DNA of 64,000 bases from a bacterium (GCA_965219955.1 OZ244799.1:3616001-3680000); one strand, 5' to 3'; shown: positions 19,901 through 30,347, counted from the stretch's first letter. Notes: generated by a model from the letters alone, not told the origin. Made by a program: numbers and translations.

Positions 19901-20605
19901 TCAGAGCAGGTAGACCAGGTAGAACAGAATCGGCCAAAGCCCCACTACGAGATGCCAGTACATCGCGCATGCGACCACCCCGTTGGGATTGCGGGCGGAG
20001 TATTTTCCCAGATGCGCGCGAACGAGAACGGCGACCAGCCAGACGACCGCGCTCAACACGTGAAACCCGTGCGTACCGATGATGGAGTAGAAGAGCGAGC
20101 CGTACACGTTCGCCGAGGCGGTGAGTCCGAAGCTGACCAGCCGCACCCATTCATATCCCTGGATGGCGAGGAATACGGCGCCCAGAACGCCCGTGATGGT
20201 GAGCAGGCGCGGCAGGGCCTTCGCGTCGCCTCTTTTGAGCGCAAGCTGCGCGCGAACCATCGTGTAGCTGCTCAGCAGCAGGAGGGCCGTGTTGACGGCG
20301 GTCACTTCCACGGGCAGGCGCGGCTGAAAGGGCGGCGGCCAGGGCTTCCCGCTGAAGCGGAAGACCAGGAAGGCCCCGATCAGGCCCGAGAAGAACATGA
20401 TTTCGGCCGCGATCAGGACCAGCATGGCGAGTTGGGTGTTTCCGAGCACGGGTTTTCCGGCGGGAGACGAACCCTGGGATTCGTCTCCTCCGCCATTTCC
20501 GTTGTCCCCGTTATCGTCGGGTGGTTCGGGCGGCGGCGGAGGGGGCGGCGCGTCTTCCCATCGCTCCGTGCTTTTTTTCGGCGGCGCTTCGAGTACCGGA
20601 TTCAA
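19901..20605 (-). CDS. ctaE: Cytochrome c oxidase subunit III (first copy)
   Basis: EIMFFSGL, NTALLLLSS, GTHGFHV, YWHLV; Pro-rich N-terminus. Confidence 0.88.
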   Translation of the reverse strand: MNPVLEAPPKKSTERWEDAPPPPPPPEPPDDNGDNGNGGGDESQGSSPAGKPVLGNTQLAMLVLIAAEIMFFSGLIGAFLVFRFSGKPWPPPFQPRLPVEVTAVNTALLLLSSYTMVRAQLALKRGDAKALPRLLTITGVLGAVFLAIQGYEWVRLVSFGLTASANVYGSLFYSIIGTHGFHVLSAVVWLVAVLVRAHLGKYSARNPNGVVACAMYWHLVVGLWPILFYLVYLL

Positions 20606-20620
20606 CGGATCTCCTCCCGC

Positions 20621-20743
20621 CTAGTTCTTGACGATGGCTACTGTCCACGCGAAGGCGGCCAGACATACGATGAAGAGAAACAGCAAAATCCCGGTAAGTC
20701 GGATCTTGTTCTTCTTTTGTGTCTTGTCCATCGCTTCGTTCAT
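20621..20743 (-). CDS. 40-aa single-TM microprotein
   Basis: ATGA overlap with the ctaB stop; MNEAMDKTQKKNKIRLTGILLFLFIVCLAAFAWTVAIVKN. Confidence 0.55.
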   Translation of the reverse strand: MNEAMDKTQKKNKIRLTGILLFLFIVCLAAFAWTVAIVKN

Positions 20744-21630
20744 CCGAAAATCATGGCCAGCAGCAGCGCCGGCAGATAAGTCAGCGAGTAGTAGAACAGA
20801 CGCCTCGCGGATACGGGGCCTTTTTCTCTGGCCATGTGGACGCCATAACCGAGATAGGCGAACCCCAGGATGATGGAGATCGTGAAATAAAGGGGACCCG
20901 CCATGCCGATGAGCGCCGGGGCCATGCCGGCGGGAATGAGCGCCAGGCAATAGGAGATGACCTGCCTGCCCGTGCTCGCGCCGCCGGGGTCCTCGACGGG
21001 CAGGAGCTTGATGTCCGCTCTCGCGAAGTCCTCGCGGTACATCACGGCGATCGCCAGCGCGTGGGGGATCTGCCAGAGGAACATGATGCAGAACACCACG
21101 AACGCCTCGATCGAGAGCGCGCCCGTGGCCGCCGCCCAGCCGATGACCGGCGGCATGGCGCCCGGAACCGCGCCCACCACACTGTTCAGCGATGTCGTGC
21201 GCTTGAGCGGCGTATACAGGAACAGGTAAAGCCCGCCGGTGGCCGCGATGAGAAGCGCGGTGAAGGGGTTCACGAGAACGGCCAGGTAGGCCACGCCGAG
21301 CAGCATGACGGCGGAGCCGAACAGGAGCGCGTCGAACTTCAGGAGGCGGCCGTCGGGCAGCGGGCGTTTTTGCGTGCGGATCATCCGGGCGTCGAGGTCT
21401 TCCTCGGACGCCTGGTTGAGCGCCAGCGCGCCGCCCGTCGCAAGGGCCGAGCCGATGAGCGTGTGGATGAGCAGGATAATATCGAGGCCTGCGCCCGAGG
21501 CGAGGTAGAAGCCCGCGGCGGTGACGACGAGCACCATCGGCAGAATGCGCGGTTTGGTGAGTTCCAGGTAGTCCACCGCTCTTCTTTTGGCGGCGTCGAG
21601 ATTGATCGCCTCTGTGCGAAGATTCGTCAT
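20740..21630 (-). CDS. ctaB: Heme O synthase (protoheme IX farnesyltransferase)
   Basis: ELTKPRI, DARMIRTQKRPLP, YTPLKR, WQIPH. Confidence 0.95.
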   Translation of the reverse strand: MTNLRTEAINLDAAKRRAVDYLELTKPRILPMVLVVTAAGFYLASGAGLDIILLIHTLIGSALATGGALALNQASEEDLDARMIRTQKRPLPDGRLLKFDALLFGSAVMLLGVAYLAVLVNPFTALLIAATGGLYLFLYTPLKRTTSLNSVVGAVPGAMPPVIGWAAATGALSIEAFVVFCIMFLWQIPHALAIAVMYREDFARADIKLLPVEDPGGASTGRQVISYCLALIPAGMAPALIGMAGPLYFTISIILGFAYLGYGVHMAREKGPVSARRLFYYSLTYLPALLLAMIFG

Positions 21631-22571
21631 GCGCGCGCGCCTCCCGCCGCAACGGGCGTTTCGGCGGCCTTGAAGGCGAAGGGGCCGTCTTTATTGAGAC
21701 GAAGGGCCACGACGAGTGAGGCCGCGAAGAGCATCGCGCCCACCACGACGTGGGCGGAAGTCATCACGATGATAAATCCGGGACTAAAGGCCTCGCCCAT
21801 GGCGGCGTATTTGCCGATCCACGAGGCGACGCCGAGCGCGAGCTGGACGAGCAGCAGGACCCACAGGAAGTTCGCCTCTCTGGCGAGGGCGCCCGCGTTC
21901 GGCAGCTTCAGTATCTTGTAAGAGAGCAGGATGACGTGGATGGTGCTCAGCGCCGCGAAGAGCAGATGGGCGTCGAGCCTGTTTCCGGTGTGGCGCAGCA
22001 CCGCGCCGAAGATGATCTGCGTGTAGAGCAGCAACACCGTGATGAGGCTCAGCCTGGCCAGCCGTCTGTCGTCAACGGTGTCTGTCTCCTCATGCCAGCC
22101 TCGGGAGGTGAACAGCGCCATGCTCACCATGAGGCCGAAGAAAACCTGCGCGACGCAGGCGTGGACGATGGCCAGGTTGAGCTTGATGAGCACCACCCGC
22201 ATGCCGCCGAGCACGCCCTGTAGAATCACCAGGCCGACAGCGAACGCACCCAGCCGGTGCATCCATTTGCGCTCATCGGTCTTCCAGACGGCGGCGGCCG
22301 TCAGGATGGTGAGAATCCCCACCAGCGAGCCGAGCAGGCGGTGTGAGTGTTCGATGAAAACGCCGCCCACCATCTTCGACCAGGGAAAGAGGAACATGTT
22401 GTAGCCGAACGTGGTGGGCCAGTCGGGAACGGCGAGACCCGAACCCGTGCTCGTCACCAGACCGCCGGCGAGGATGAGCACGACGGTGAAGACGCAGGTC
22501 AGCAGGGCGAAACGATGGGGCCAGCCCCCCCCTTTCACGGCGGGAAGGCCGGCACGGCGGTCAGATGCCAT
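21627..22571 (-). CDS. ctaA: Heme A synthase (COX15/CtaA)
   Basis: GLAVPDWP, IEHSHR, QGVLGG, conserved His residues. Confidence 0.92.
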   Translation of the reverse strand: MASDRRAGLPAVKGGGWPHRFALLTCVFTVVLILAGGLVTSTGSGLAVPDWPTTFGYNMFLFPWSKMVGGVFIEHSHRLLGSLVGILTILTAAAVWKTDERKWMHRLGAFAVGLVILQGVLGGMRVVLIKLNLAIVHACVAQVFFGLMVSMALFTSRGWHEETDTVDDRRLARLSLITVLLLYTQIIFGAVLRHTGNRLDAHLLFAALSTIHVILLSYKILKLPNAGALAREANFLWVLLLVQLALGVASWIGKYAAMGEAFSPGFIIVMTSAHVVVGAMLFAASLVVALRLNKDGPFAFKAAETPVAAGGARA

Positions 22572-22607
22572 GCGCGTTCTCTCCCGGGGTAGTTTGCGTC
22601 GGCGGCG

Positions 22608-24569
22608 CTAGTGTCCGGCTTCGGCGTACTTGGGGTCGATGGTTTCGGTCTGCGGCGCCCAGTCCGCTTCCTCGCCGGGGACGCTGTACTCATAGGGTCC
22701 GCGCCGGACCACCGGAAGCGTGGGGCCGAAGTTCCCGTGAGGCGCCGGCGTGGGCGCCACCCACTCGAGCGTGTTGGCGTCCCAGGGATTCTGGGGCGCG
22801 TCGGCGCCCAGCGGAGCCATGTTCTTCTCGAGATAGCGGTAGAGCCACACCGCAAGCGCGATGGCGACGACCGTGCCCGCGATGCGCGCGCCCGTCGAGG
22901 GCTCGGGCTCCATCATGCCCTCGAACATCACCGCCACGCTCTTGTAGCCGATGAAGCCGACCACGATGGCCGAGACCGCCTGGGTGAGCACGCGGAACCA
23001 CTTCGCGTTCCAGCGGAAGACGGTGGCGAAGAAGTTGAACACGAAGGGAATCTGCGAGAGCCCCAGCGCAAGCGCGGAGAGGGTGATCATCACGTTGATC
23101 GGCTGCATGCCCTGCAGGAATTCATACTGCATGGGGTTGTAGATGCGCCGCATGTGGCCGCCCACGCCCAGGATGTGCATCGGGAAGAACACCAGGTTGA
23201 AGAAGATGAACGTGAGCCAGAAGTGCACCTTGCCCAGCGCCTCGTCCATGGCCCTTCCGAACATTTTCGGGAACCAGTACTGTATGCCGCCGAAGAGCGC
23301 AAAGACGCTGCCGCCGAAGATGACGTAGTGGAAATGCGCCACGATGAAGTAGGTGTCGTGAATGTAGATGTCCACCACGTTCGACGCCATGAAGATGCCG
23401 CTCAGCCCGCCGATGACGAACAGGATGACGAACGCCAGGGCGTGGAGCATCGGCACGGTGAAGCGGATCGAGCCCCCCCACAGGGTGCCCAGCCAGTTGA
23501 AGGTCTTGATCGCCGATGGTATCGCGATGACGAGCGTCGTCATCATGAAGGCCGAGCCAAGGGCGGGGTTCATGCCGGACTGGAACATGTGGTGGCCCCA
23601 GACGATCCAGGACAGGAAGGCGATGGCGAGCATGGCGTACACCATGGCCCGGTAGCCGAAGATCGGTTTTCTGCAGAAGACAGGCAGCAACTCCGAGGCG
23701 ATGCCCATGCCCGGAAGGATGAGGATGTAGACCTCCGGGTGGCCGAAATACCAGAACAGATGCTGCCAGAGGAGGGGTTCGCCCCCCTTCGCGGGGTTGA
23801 AGAAGTTGGTCTCGAACACGCGGTCGAAGATCATCATCGCGCCCGCGGAGCCCAGAATAGGCAGGGCCAGCAGGCCCAGGATGGCGGTGACGAACAGGGA
23901 CCACACGACGAGCGGCACCCGGAACCAGGTCATGCCCTCGGTGCGCATGTTGATGAGCGTCGTGATGTAGTTGATCGAGCCCATGAGCGAGGAGAAACTC
24001 AGCACGAACAGGCTTAACGCCCATAACGTCTGCCCCATGAAGACGCCGGTGTATTCCGGTATGGTGGATAACGGCGCGTAGCCTGTCCAGCCGGCGGCGG
24101 CGTGTCCCCCCTCGACGAAGAATCCGGCGGTCATGATGACGGCGCCGAGTACGGCGACCCAGAACGAGAGCATGTTCAGCACCGGGAACGCCATGTCGCG
24201 CGCCCCGATCATCAGCGGGATGAGGAAGTTCCCGAAACAGCCCACCAGAATCGGCATCACGACGAGGAACACCATGATGGTCGCGTGCATCGTGACCGCC
24301 ATGTTGTAGAAGTTCGGCGTGACGTAGCCCTCGGGCATGCCCTCGCTCTCGTCCGATATCCACTCGAAGCCCCAGACCTGGGTCTCCGGCCAGGCGAGCT
24401 GCCAGCGGAAGATCAGGGCGAGAATTCCGCCGACGACCATCATGATGAGGCCGAGCCAGAGGAACTGCCTGGCGATCATCTTGTGGTCCAGCGAGAAGAC
24501 GTATGTGCTCCAGAACCCACCCTCGTGGTGGTCGTGAGCGCCGTGTGCGTCTGCCGTGGTTTCGCTCAT
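22608..24569 (-). CDS. ctaD: Cytochrome c oxidase subunit I (A1 type)
   Basis: DHKMI, MAFPVLN, WYFGHPEVY, WGHHMF, AHFHYV, MRRIY. Confidence 0.96.
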   Translation of the reverse strand: MSETTADAHGAHDHHEGGFWSTYVFSLDHKMIARQFLWLGLIMMVVGGILALIFRWQLAWPETQVWGFEWISDESEGMPEGYVTPNFYNMAVTMHATIMVFLVVMPILVGCFGNFLIPLMIGARDMAFPVLNMLSFWVAVLGAVIMTAGFFVEGGHAAAGWTGYAPLSTIPEYTGVFMGQTLWALSLFVLSFSSLMGSINYITTLINMRTEGMTWFRVPLVVWSLFVTAILGLLALPILGSAGAMMIFDRVFETNFFNPAKGGEPLLWQHLFWYFGHPEVYILILPGMGIASELLPVFCRKPIFGYRAMVYAMLAIAFLSWIVWGHHMFQSGMNPALGSAFMMTTLVIAIPSAIKTFNWLGTLWGGSIRFTVPMLHALAFVILFVIGGLSGIFMASNVVDIYIHDTYFIVAHFHYVIFGGSVFALFGGIQYWFPKMFGRAMDEALGKVHFWLTFIFFNLVFFPMHILGVGGHMRRIYNPMQYEFLQGMQPINVMITLSALALGLSQIPFVFNFFATVFRWNAKWFRVLTQAVSAIVVGFIGYKSVAVMFEGMMEPEPSTGARIAGTVVAIALAVWLYRYLEKNMAPLGADAPQNPWDANTLEWVAPTPAPHGNFGPTLPVVRRGPYEYSVPGEEADWAPQTETIDPKYAEAGH

Positions 24570-24669
24570 GGTTTCCTGCATCCCTCGTAAGTTTGGTTTA
24601 CCGGAGGAAAACTCCCGCCGACACGTTCAAAATATGAAAGAGGGCGCGCGCCCTCATGAATACGGCCGT

Positions 24670-25338
24670 TTATTTGTCTTTCTCCTCCCAGGCTTTCTTG
24701 CGCCACTTCGCGTAGTCCGCCTCGGAGTGGACAATCATCTCCCCGTTCATGCCCGAATGCCCGAAGCCGCAAAGCTCCGCGCAGGGGATTTCGTATTTGC
24801 CCACCTTGGTCGGCGTGAACCACAGCGGAATCGTGCGGCCGGGCACCACGTCCTGTTTCATGCGGGTCTGGGGAATGAAGAAGCTGTGGATGACGTCTGC
24901 TCCCTTGAGCGAGATGAGCACCTGCTTGTTCACGGGCACGTTCAACTGGTTGTCGAGGACCAGATCGTCCTTGGTGCCGAATTTCCCGTCGTCTCCGGGA
25001 TAGCGGACGATCCAGTTGAACTGCTTGCCGGTGACTTCGACGCGCACGTGGGGGTTCTGGGGTATCGCCAGTTTCAGCTTCGCCCAGGAGGTCTGCGTCA
25101 TCAGGACGAAGACGAGCAGGATGAAGGTGGGGATCACCGTCCAGAGTATTTCCAGCGTGTTGTTGCCGTGCGTGTATTTCGCCTTCACGCCCGGCTTGGC
25201 GCGGTACTTGATGATGAAATACGCCATGGCGACGGCGACGCCGATGAAGACGACCACCGTCAGGTAGTAGGACACATAGAAGAGAAAGTCGATTTCCTCT
25301 CCTTCGATGGAGATGTTCTCCGGGAGCCAACTCATCAT
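24670..25338 (-). CDS. ctaC: Cytochrome c oxidase subunit II (CuA, no fused heme c)
   Basis: LEILWT, DVIHSF, CAELCGFGHSGM; GGAGGA RBS before MMSW. Confidence 0.95.
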   Translation of the reverse strand: MMSWLPENISIEGEEIDFLFYVSYYLTVVVFIGVAVAMAYFIIKYRAKPGVKAKYTHGNNTLEILWTVIPTFILLVFVLMTQTSWAKLKLAIPQNPHVRVEVTGKQFNWIVRYPGDDGKFGTKDDLVLDNQLNVPVNKQVLISLKGADVIHSFFIPQTRMKQDVVPGRTIPLWFTPTKVGKYEIPCAELCGFGHSGMNGEMIVHSEADYAKWRKKAWEEKDK

Positions 25339-25634
25339 GATGAAGCGTATCCTCCGGGCCATGCCGCGACAGGGCGAAGCGCACAACCGCAACCCCCCGA
25401 AACCGCGAAAAAATGGATGGTTTCCTTTTAAACCGCAGAGGGAGTCTAAAGGATAAGCGAGAGAGTTTTCAAGCGCGCGCGGGAAAATAATTTGCATTAA
25501 GGGCAGGGCATTCTCGTCCCGGAAGAGATGATGTGCGCTGCGCACCCACCGCCCTGTTGACCTTGCTTCCCGGTGGGGGTAGTTTCCCCGTTTTGTTTGC
25601 AAGATGCGCGTCTTGCGGGCTATAAAGAAAGAGC

Positions 25635-25711
<77 letters not shown>

Positions 25712-25722
25712 TCCAATACGAG

Positions 25723-25753
25723 AAGGCCGGGGCCATGCGGCCCCGGCCTTTTT
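25723..25753 (+). terminator. Rho-independent terminator after the tRNA
   Basis: AAGGCCGGGGCC-ATGC-GGCCCCGGCCTTTTT. Confidence 0.85.
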
Positions 25754-26278
25754 AGTTGGGGGATATCTTCTACCTTTCCAAGCAGGTTTCAGCCCCCCTC
25801 AAAAATCCCGCCTTAATTCTTCCCGTGAAGCGCCGTTAAAATATCTCTATGTTCTCCATCGCTCCGGCGTGCGCCCCTTGCCGGCCTCGGGCCTCGCCCC
25901 CTCGTCCGCGCAAGGATTTTCACCAAATCCCCCCGGGAACCAGAAGCCGCTCCCCGGGAATTCCTCCACCGGCCAGCCCCTCGCGAGAGGGTTGTTTTTG
26001 CTGGAAATAACGCTATATGGAGGATTCCGGGGAAATGCTCCGTTTTTTTATGTTTTGCATTTTGTCGGGAAAAGGTTAGAATACGCCATATATTTGAAAC
26101 TGCATTGATATATGCGCCAATAAAAATTTCGCCCTGTGGAAGTTCCGCATTATCGTTACAAGGGAGGAATCTTTATCGGAGGATGCTCAATGTTTGCGGC
26201 GTGAGGCGAGGCTTGGGTCTCGCGTTCAGGATGTGCGGCATAATTGGGTTGTATCCTACACAATAAGGAGGCGCTTGT

Positions 26279-28252
26279 ATGAATGCGAAGATCTTCTGGC
26301 TGTTCGCCTTCGTCGTGCTCTATTGGGCCTACTGCATTTTCTGGGGCATCAAGTGCGCGAGGATGGCGAGAACGGCCGGCGACTACTTCATCGCGGGTCG
26401 CCAGCTATCCATGTGGGTGTTCGTTCTGGCGGCGACGGCGACGTCGTTTTCCGGGTGGACGTTCATGGGACACCCGGGACTCATCTATCGAGACGGGTTC
26501 CAGTACGCCTACGCATCTTTCTACACCATCACCATTCCCTTTACCGGGGTGATATTCCTGAAGCGCCAGTGGATGCTGGGCAAACGCTACGGATACGTCA
26601 CGCCCGGTGAAATGTTCGCCGACTATTTCCAGGGCGACGCCATCCGCATCCTCACGGTGATCGTGGCCATGTTGTTCTCGATTCCCTACCTCGGCGTTCA
26701 GCTCGGGGCTTCGGGCTTCTTGTTCAACGTGCTGACCGACGGCGCTTTCAGCGTCAACGTGGGCATGTGGCTGCTCTCGGCGGTCGTGCTCATCTACGTG
26801 GCAGCCGGGGGTCTGCGCGCCGTCGCCTACGTGGATACGCTCCAGTGCATTCTGCTCGCACTGGGCATCGTCATCACGGGCTTCATCGCGCTCAGCATCG
26901 CCGGTGGATGGGGCGCGCTGAACGAAGGCCTCGCCAAGCTGGCGGCCTCTCCGGTGGGCAAGTGGGGAACGACGAAGGGGTACGGCGGCGGCGACTACAA
27001 CGCCTACTTCGCCATCCCCGGCGTCATCCAGTTCACGGCCGGTCTGGGCAAGCAGACGCCCGTGGGCGGTCTGTGGACGGGCATCATGTGCCTGACCTAC
27101 ATGTTCGCGCTCATGGGGATTCAGTCCTCCCCGGCGTTCTCCATGTGGGCGTTCTCGAACAACAACCCGCGCCCCTTCGCGCCCCAGCAGGTCTGGGCGT
27201 CCTCGGCGGGCATCGGGTTCATCCTGTTCTTCTTCACCGCGTCCCAGGGAATGGGCGCGCACCTTCTCGGCGCGAACCCGGCGGTGACCAAGGCGGGGCT
27301 TGCGATATCGGACGTGCTGGCCGCGTCCATTGCGAAAAAGCCCGACTCGCTGGTGCCGTACTACTTCAACTACATTGCGGATGCGGCGCCGTGGCTGGTC
27401 GGACTACTGGCCGTCTGCGCCCTGGCCGCCATGCAGTCTACGGGTGCGGCGTACATGTCCACGGCGGGCGGCATGCTCACCCGCGATCTCTACAAGAGGT
27501 ATCTGAACCCCGGCGCCTCGCATGAAACCCAGAAGGTGGCGGGCCGGATAGGCGTTTTGATCATCGTGGTCTCTGCACTCCTTGTGGCGACGTTCTCGAG
27601 AGACGCGCTCGTGTTGCTTGGAGGACTCGCCGTCGCCTTCGGCTTCCAGATGTGGCCGGCGCTGGCGGCGGTGTGCTGGATGCCGAAAATCACGAGGCAA
27701 GGCGCCACGTGGGGCCTGGCGGCCGGTCTTTTGGCGGTCATCTTCACGGAGAACTTCGGCCTCACGATTCTCAAGGGAATCGGCATCGACGCCTGGGGCC
27801 GCTGGCCGTGGACGATTCACTCCGCCGGCTGGGGCATCATCTTCAACGTGGCGGTCTGCTGGATCGTCTCCGCGCAAACGCAGGACGCGGCGGCGGCGGC
27901 GCACCGGCAGAAGTACCACGATTTCCTGGCCGAGCACGCTTCGCTTTCGCCGGAGAAACAGGGCCTCGTCCCGATGGCGTGGGGCGTTACGCTGGCCTGG
28001 ATGTTCTTCGGCATCGGCCCGGGCGCCGTCATCGGCAACTGGATTTTCGGAGCCCCGAACGCCGGTTACGCAGGGTGGACTTTCGGCATACCCTCCATTT
28101 GGGCCTGGCAGATTCTCTTCTGGGCACTCGGCGTCGGCATGATGTGGCTGCTCGCCTACAAGATGGAGATGTCGACGGTGCCCGAGACGGAGATCGAGGC
28201 GCTCGTGGAGGACATCGGCGACGTGGCCGCGCAGCAGGCGGGATCGTCCTAG
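26279..28252 (+). CDS. Sodium:solute symporter family protein
   Basis: DYFIAGR, ATATSFSGWTFMGHPG, ALAAMQST, TRDLY; AAGGAGG RBS. Confidence 0.92.
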   Translation: MNAKIFWLFAFVVLYWAYCIFWGIKCARMARTAGDYFIAGRQLSMWVFVLAATATSFSGWTFMGHPGLIYRDGFQYAYASFYTITIPFTGVIFLKRQWMLGKRYGYVTPGEMFADYFQGDAIRILTVIVAMLFSIPYLGVQLGASGFLFNVLTDGAFSVNVGMWLLSAVVLIYVAAGGLRAVAYVDTLQCILLALGIVITGFIALSIAGGWGALNEGLAKLAASPVGKWGTTKGYGGGDYNAYFAIPGVIQFTAGLGKQTPVGGLWTGIMCLTYMFALMGIQSSPAFSMWAFSNNNPRPFAPQQVWASSAGIGFILFFFTASQGMGAHLLGANPAVTKAGLAISDVLAASIAKKPDSLVPYYFNYIADAAPWLVGLLAVCALAAMQSTGAAYMSTAGGMLTRDLYKRYLNPGASHETQKVAGRIGVLIIVVSALLVATFSRDALVLLGGLAVAFGFQMWPALAAVCWMPKITRQGATWGLAAGLLAVIFTENFGLTILKGIGIDAWGRWPWTIHSAGWGIIFNVAVCWIVSAQTQDAAAAAHRQKYHDFLAEHASLSPEKQGLVPMAWGVTLAWMFFGIGPGAVIGNWIFGAPNAGYAGWTFGIPSIWAWQILFWALGVGMMWLLAYKMEMSTVPETEIEALVEDIGDVAAQQAGSS

Positions 28253-28282
28253 ACGAGACCGCAATGATGTAGGTATCACCAT

Positions 28283-28321
28283 GCGGGGGAGGGGTATGTG
28301 TCCCTCCCCCGCGTTGTTTTT
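28283..28321 (+). terminator. Terminator-like hairpin after the SSS gene
   Basis: GCGGGGGAGGG...CCCTCCCCCGC followed by GTTGTTTTT. Confidence 0.65.
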
Positions 28322-28348
28322 CCGCCGCCCTGATGGCTGAGTGACGCC

Positions 28349-28582
28349 GTGGCTGAATTGTTCACCGCAAAGTATATGCTGCTATGGGTTCTCGCGCTGG
28401 GCGCAGCACTGTTCCTGCCCGTGCGCCAGCTCATCTGGGTGCTCTACGTCAGGCGGGCGGAGAGAGACGGCTCCGAAACCTCGGACGAGGAACGTCTCGC
28501 ACTCAAGAACCGCGCCGGAATAACGGCGATGCTGCTCTGCTTCGTTTTCTCCTATTTCTATATGAACCATCTTTTCAGGTAG
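28349..28582 (+). CDS. Small 2-TM hypothetical protein
   Basis: LFLPVRQLIWVLYVRRA; co-oriented between the SSS and TPR genes. Confidence 0.7.
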   Translation: MAELFTAKYMLLWVLALGAALFLPVRQLIWVLYVRRAERDGSETSDEERLALKNRAGITAMLLCFVFSYFYMNHLFR

Positions 28583-28587
28583 TCCTG

Positions 28588-29199
28588 ATGAATCCGCGCG
28601 TGCTCAAGCGCTTCATCAAGAACATGGCGATCCTCATTTTCGTCATGTTCTCCGCGTGGGCGCTGTGGGAGATGTATGCGAAAGAAGCGCCCGGGGATTA
28701 CGCCACCCGCGAGGGCGACATCCGGCTCACCGAGGGGAACTTCGATGAAGCGCTCGCGAGCTTCAACCAGGCGCTGCGTGAGCGGCCCAACCACCGGGGC
28801 GCGCTGATGGGCCGCGCGCTGGTGTTCATCAAGACGAAGAAATACGAGGAGGCTACTGCCGAACTCACCTACCTCATCGACTATCTCAGGAAAAACCTGG
28901 AGCCCGACGACCCGACGGGCGCAGGCGTCATGGCGGCGGCATACGCCAACCGGGGCATCGTCCACGACACGAAAGGCCGCTACAAGGAAGCGCTCGCCGA
29001 TTACATCGAAGCGCTCAGGACCGACGAGGGAGCGCTGGACGGGCCCGGGATCATCGACAAGGTGATCTACGGCACGCCGAACCCGTCCACGGTGCGCAAG
29101 CGTGCGATTTATCTAAAGGAGCAACTCGCCCTCCCGCCGGAAAAACGCCTGTTGCGCGTGCCGGAAATCGACGCGGCGCAGCGGATGCACAAACCCTGA
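28588..29199 (+). CDS. Membrane-anchored tetratricopeptide repeat protein
   Basis: N-terminal TM; TPR motifs EALASFNQAL, AYANRGIV...YKEALADY. Confidence 0.85.
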   Translation: MNPRVLKRFIKNMAILIFVMFSAWALWEMYAKEAPGDYATREGDIRLTEGNFDEALASFNQALRERPNHRGALMGRALVFIKTKKYEEATAELTYLIDYLRKNLEPDDPTGAGVMAAAYANRGIVHDTKGRYKEALADYIEALRTDEGALDGPGIIDKVIYGTPNPSTVRKRAIYLKEQLALPPEKRLLRVPEIDAAQRMHKP

Positions 29200-29242
29200 A
29201 GTCTATACGGAAACGATGTGGCGATTCAGCGGGCGTGACGCC

Positions 29243-29443
29243 TTAAAACCTCACGATGCCGAGCACGTCCTGGAACAGGACCAGAAAGAAGAACACCGCG
29301 GCGATGCAGCCGAAGAGCAGGTGGACGAAATCCGCCCCGCCGTCGGGGTTTTTCGTTCGGATGGCCTTGATGGCGATGAAGCCCGTGACGAACAGGAAGA
29401 TGAAGTTCACGGCTTGCTGGTTCTCGCCTGCGAAATCGAACAT
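29243..29443 (-). CDS. Small 2-TM hypothetical protein
   Basis: Two hydrophobic helices around NPDGGAD. Confidence 0.6.
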   Translation of the reverse strand: MFDFAGENQQAVNFIFLFVTGFIAIKAIRTKNPDGGADFVHLLFGCIAAVFFFLVLFQDVLGIVRF

Positions 29444-29474
29444 GACCAACCTCGGCTTGGAAGTTTAATCCACG

Positions 29475-29990
29475 CTATCTGTTGTAGCGGCCCGGCGCCA
29501 GGGACGTATCCTGGATTTTACGCTCCTTCGATATGGCCTTCATTTCTTTTTTCTCGAAGTAGGGCGGCAGGAAAGAGGTGCTCTCCCCGGCGGCGAGGTG
29601 ACTCAGCCAGACGATGCCGGTCATGATCGACACCATGAGGGTGGCGGTCACGATGAAGCGCTTGATGTCGGCGGGGAGTTTTTTGCCGTAATCCTTGTCG
29701 TAGCGGTGGTAGGCGGGGTCGTTCTCATCCAGTTCACCCTGTTTATCGAGGGCCAGTATCCGGTGCGCATGGCGGCGCGCCCAGAAGGGCACCTGATCGT
29801 GGAGCATATAGGCCATGAAGAGTTGATTGATGAGTTCTTCGGACATCTCCTCGCCGTGCCATTCGCTGTAGGCGAGTTGGAGGAACTGGAATTCCCCCAC
29901 CTGGAGCAGATTCGCCGCCTTGGCGACTTCGGCGCGCTGGGCGCTCTCCTCCCGATCGGGACGGATGAGCGTCTGGAAGAAAGTCACCAT
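29475..29990 (-). CDS. Hypothetical protein with one TM segment
   Basis: AANLLQVGEFQFLQLAY, VPFWARRHA; coding-like composition. Confidence 0.7.
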   Translation of the reverse strand: MVTFFQTLIRPDREESAQRAEVAKAANLLQVGEFQFLQLAYSEWHGEEMSEELINQLFMAYMLHDQVPFWARRHAHRILALDKQGELDENDPAYHRYDKDYGKKLPADIKRFIVTATLMVSIMTGIVWLSHLAAGESTSFLPPYFEKKEMKAISKERKIQDTSLAPGRYNR

Positions 29991-30347
29991 GTCGATTCCC
30001 CGACAGCTTGAGTTCCCGGCGGCATTTGCGTTGAAGACCGAAGATGCGCCGCCAGCCTAAGCCCTTTGCCGACCTGCGTCAATTTTGAGTCTGGAGGGGC
30101 ATTTTCGCACGGAAGAAACGAGACGGACAACCTCGCCCCCGCCGCCCTTTGTTCGAGGTATTCGTCCGGGCTCGCCGCGCCGGGGCGGGCGAATGGATTG
30201 GAGAATTTTCATTTTAAGCGGTGAAGGCTCTTGTGTTAGGATCATCTCATCGCACCATGCGCATTCGATCCATAGAGATTCTTTTTCATCCCGAGCGCCT
30301 CGCTTGCGAGCGGGGTCTTTCCGGCATTTTCCCAGGGAGGTAATTTG

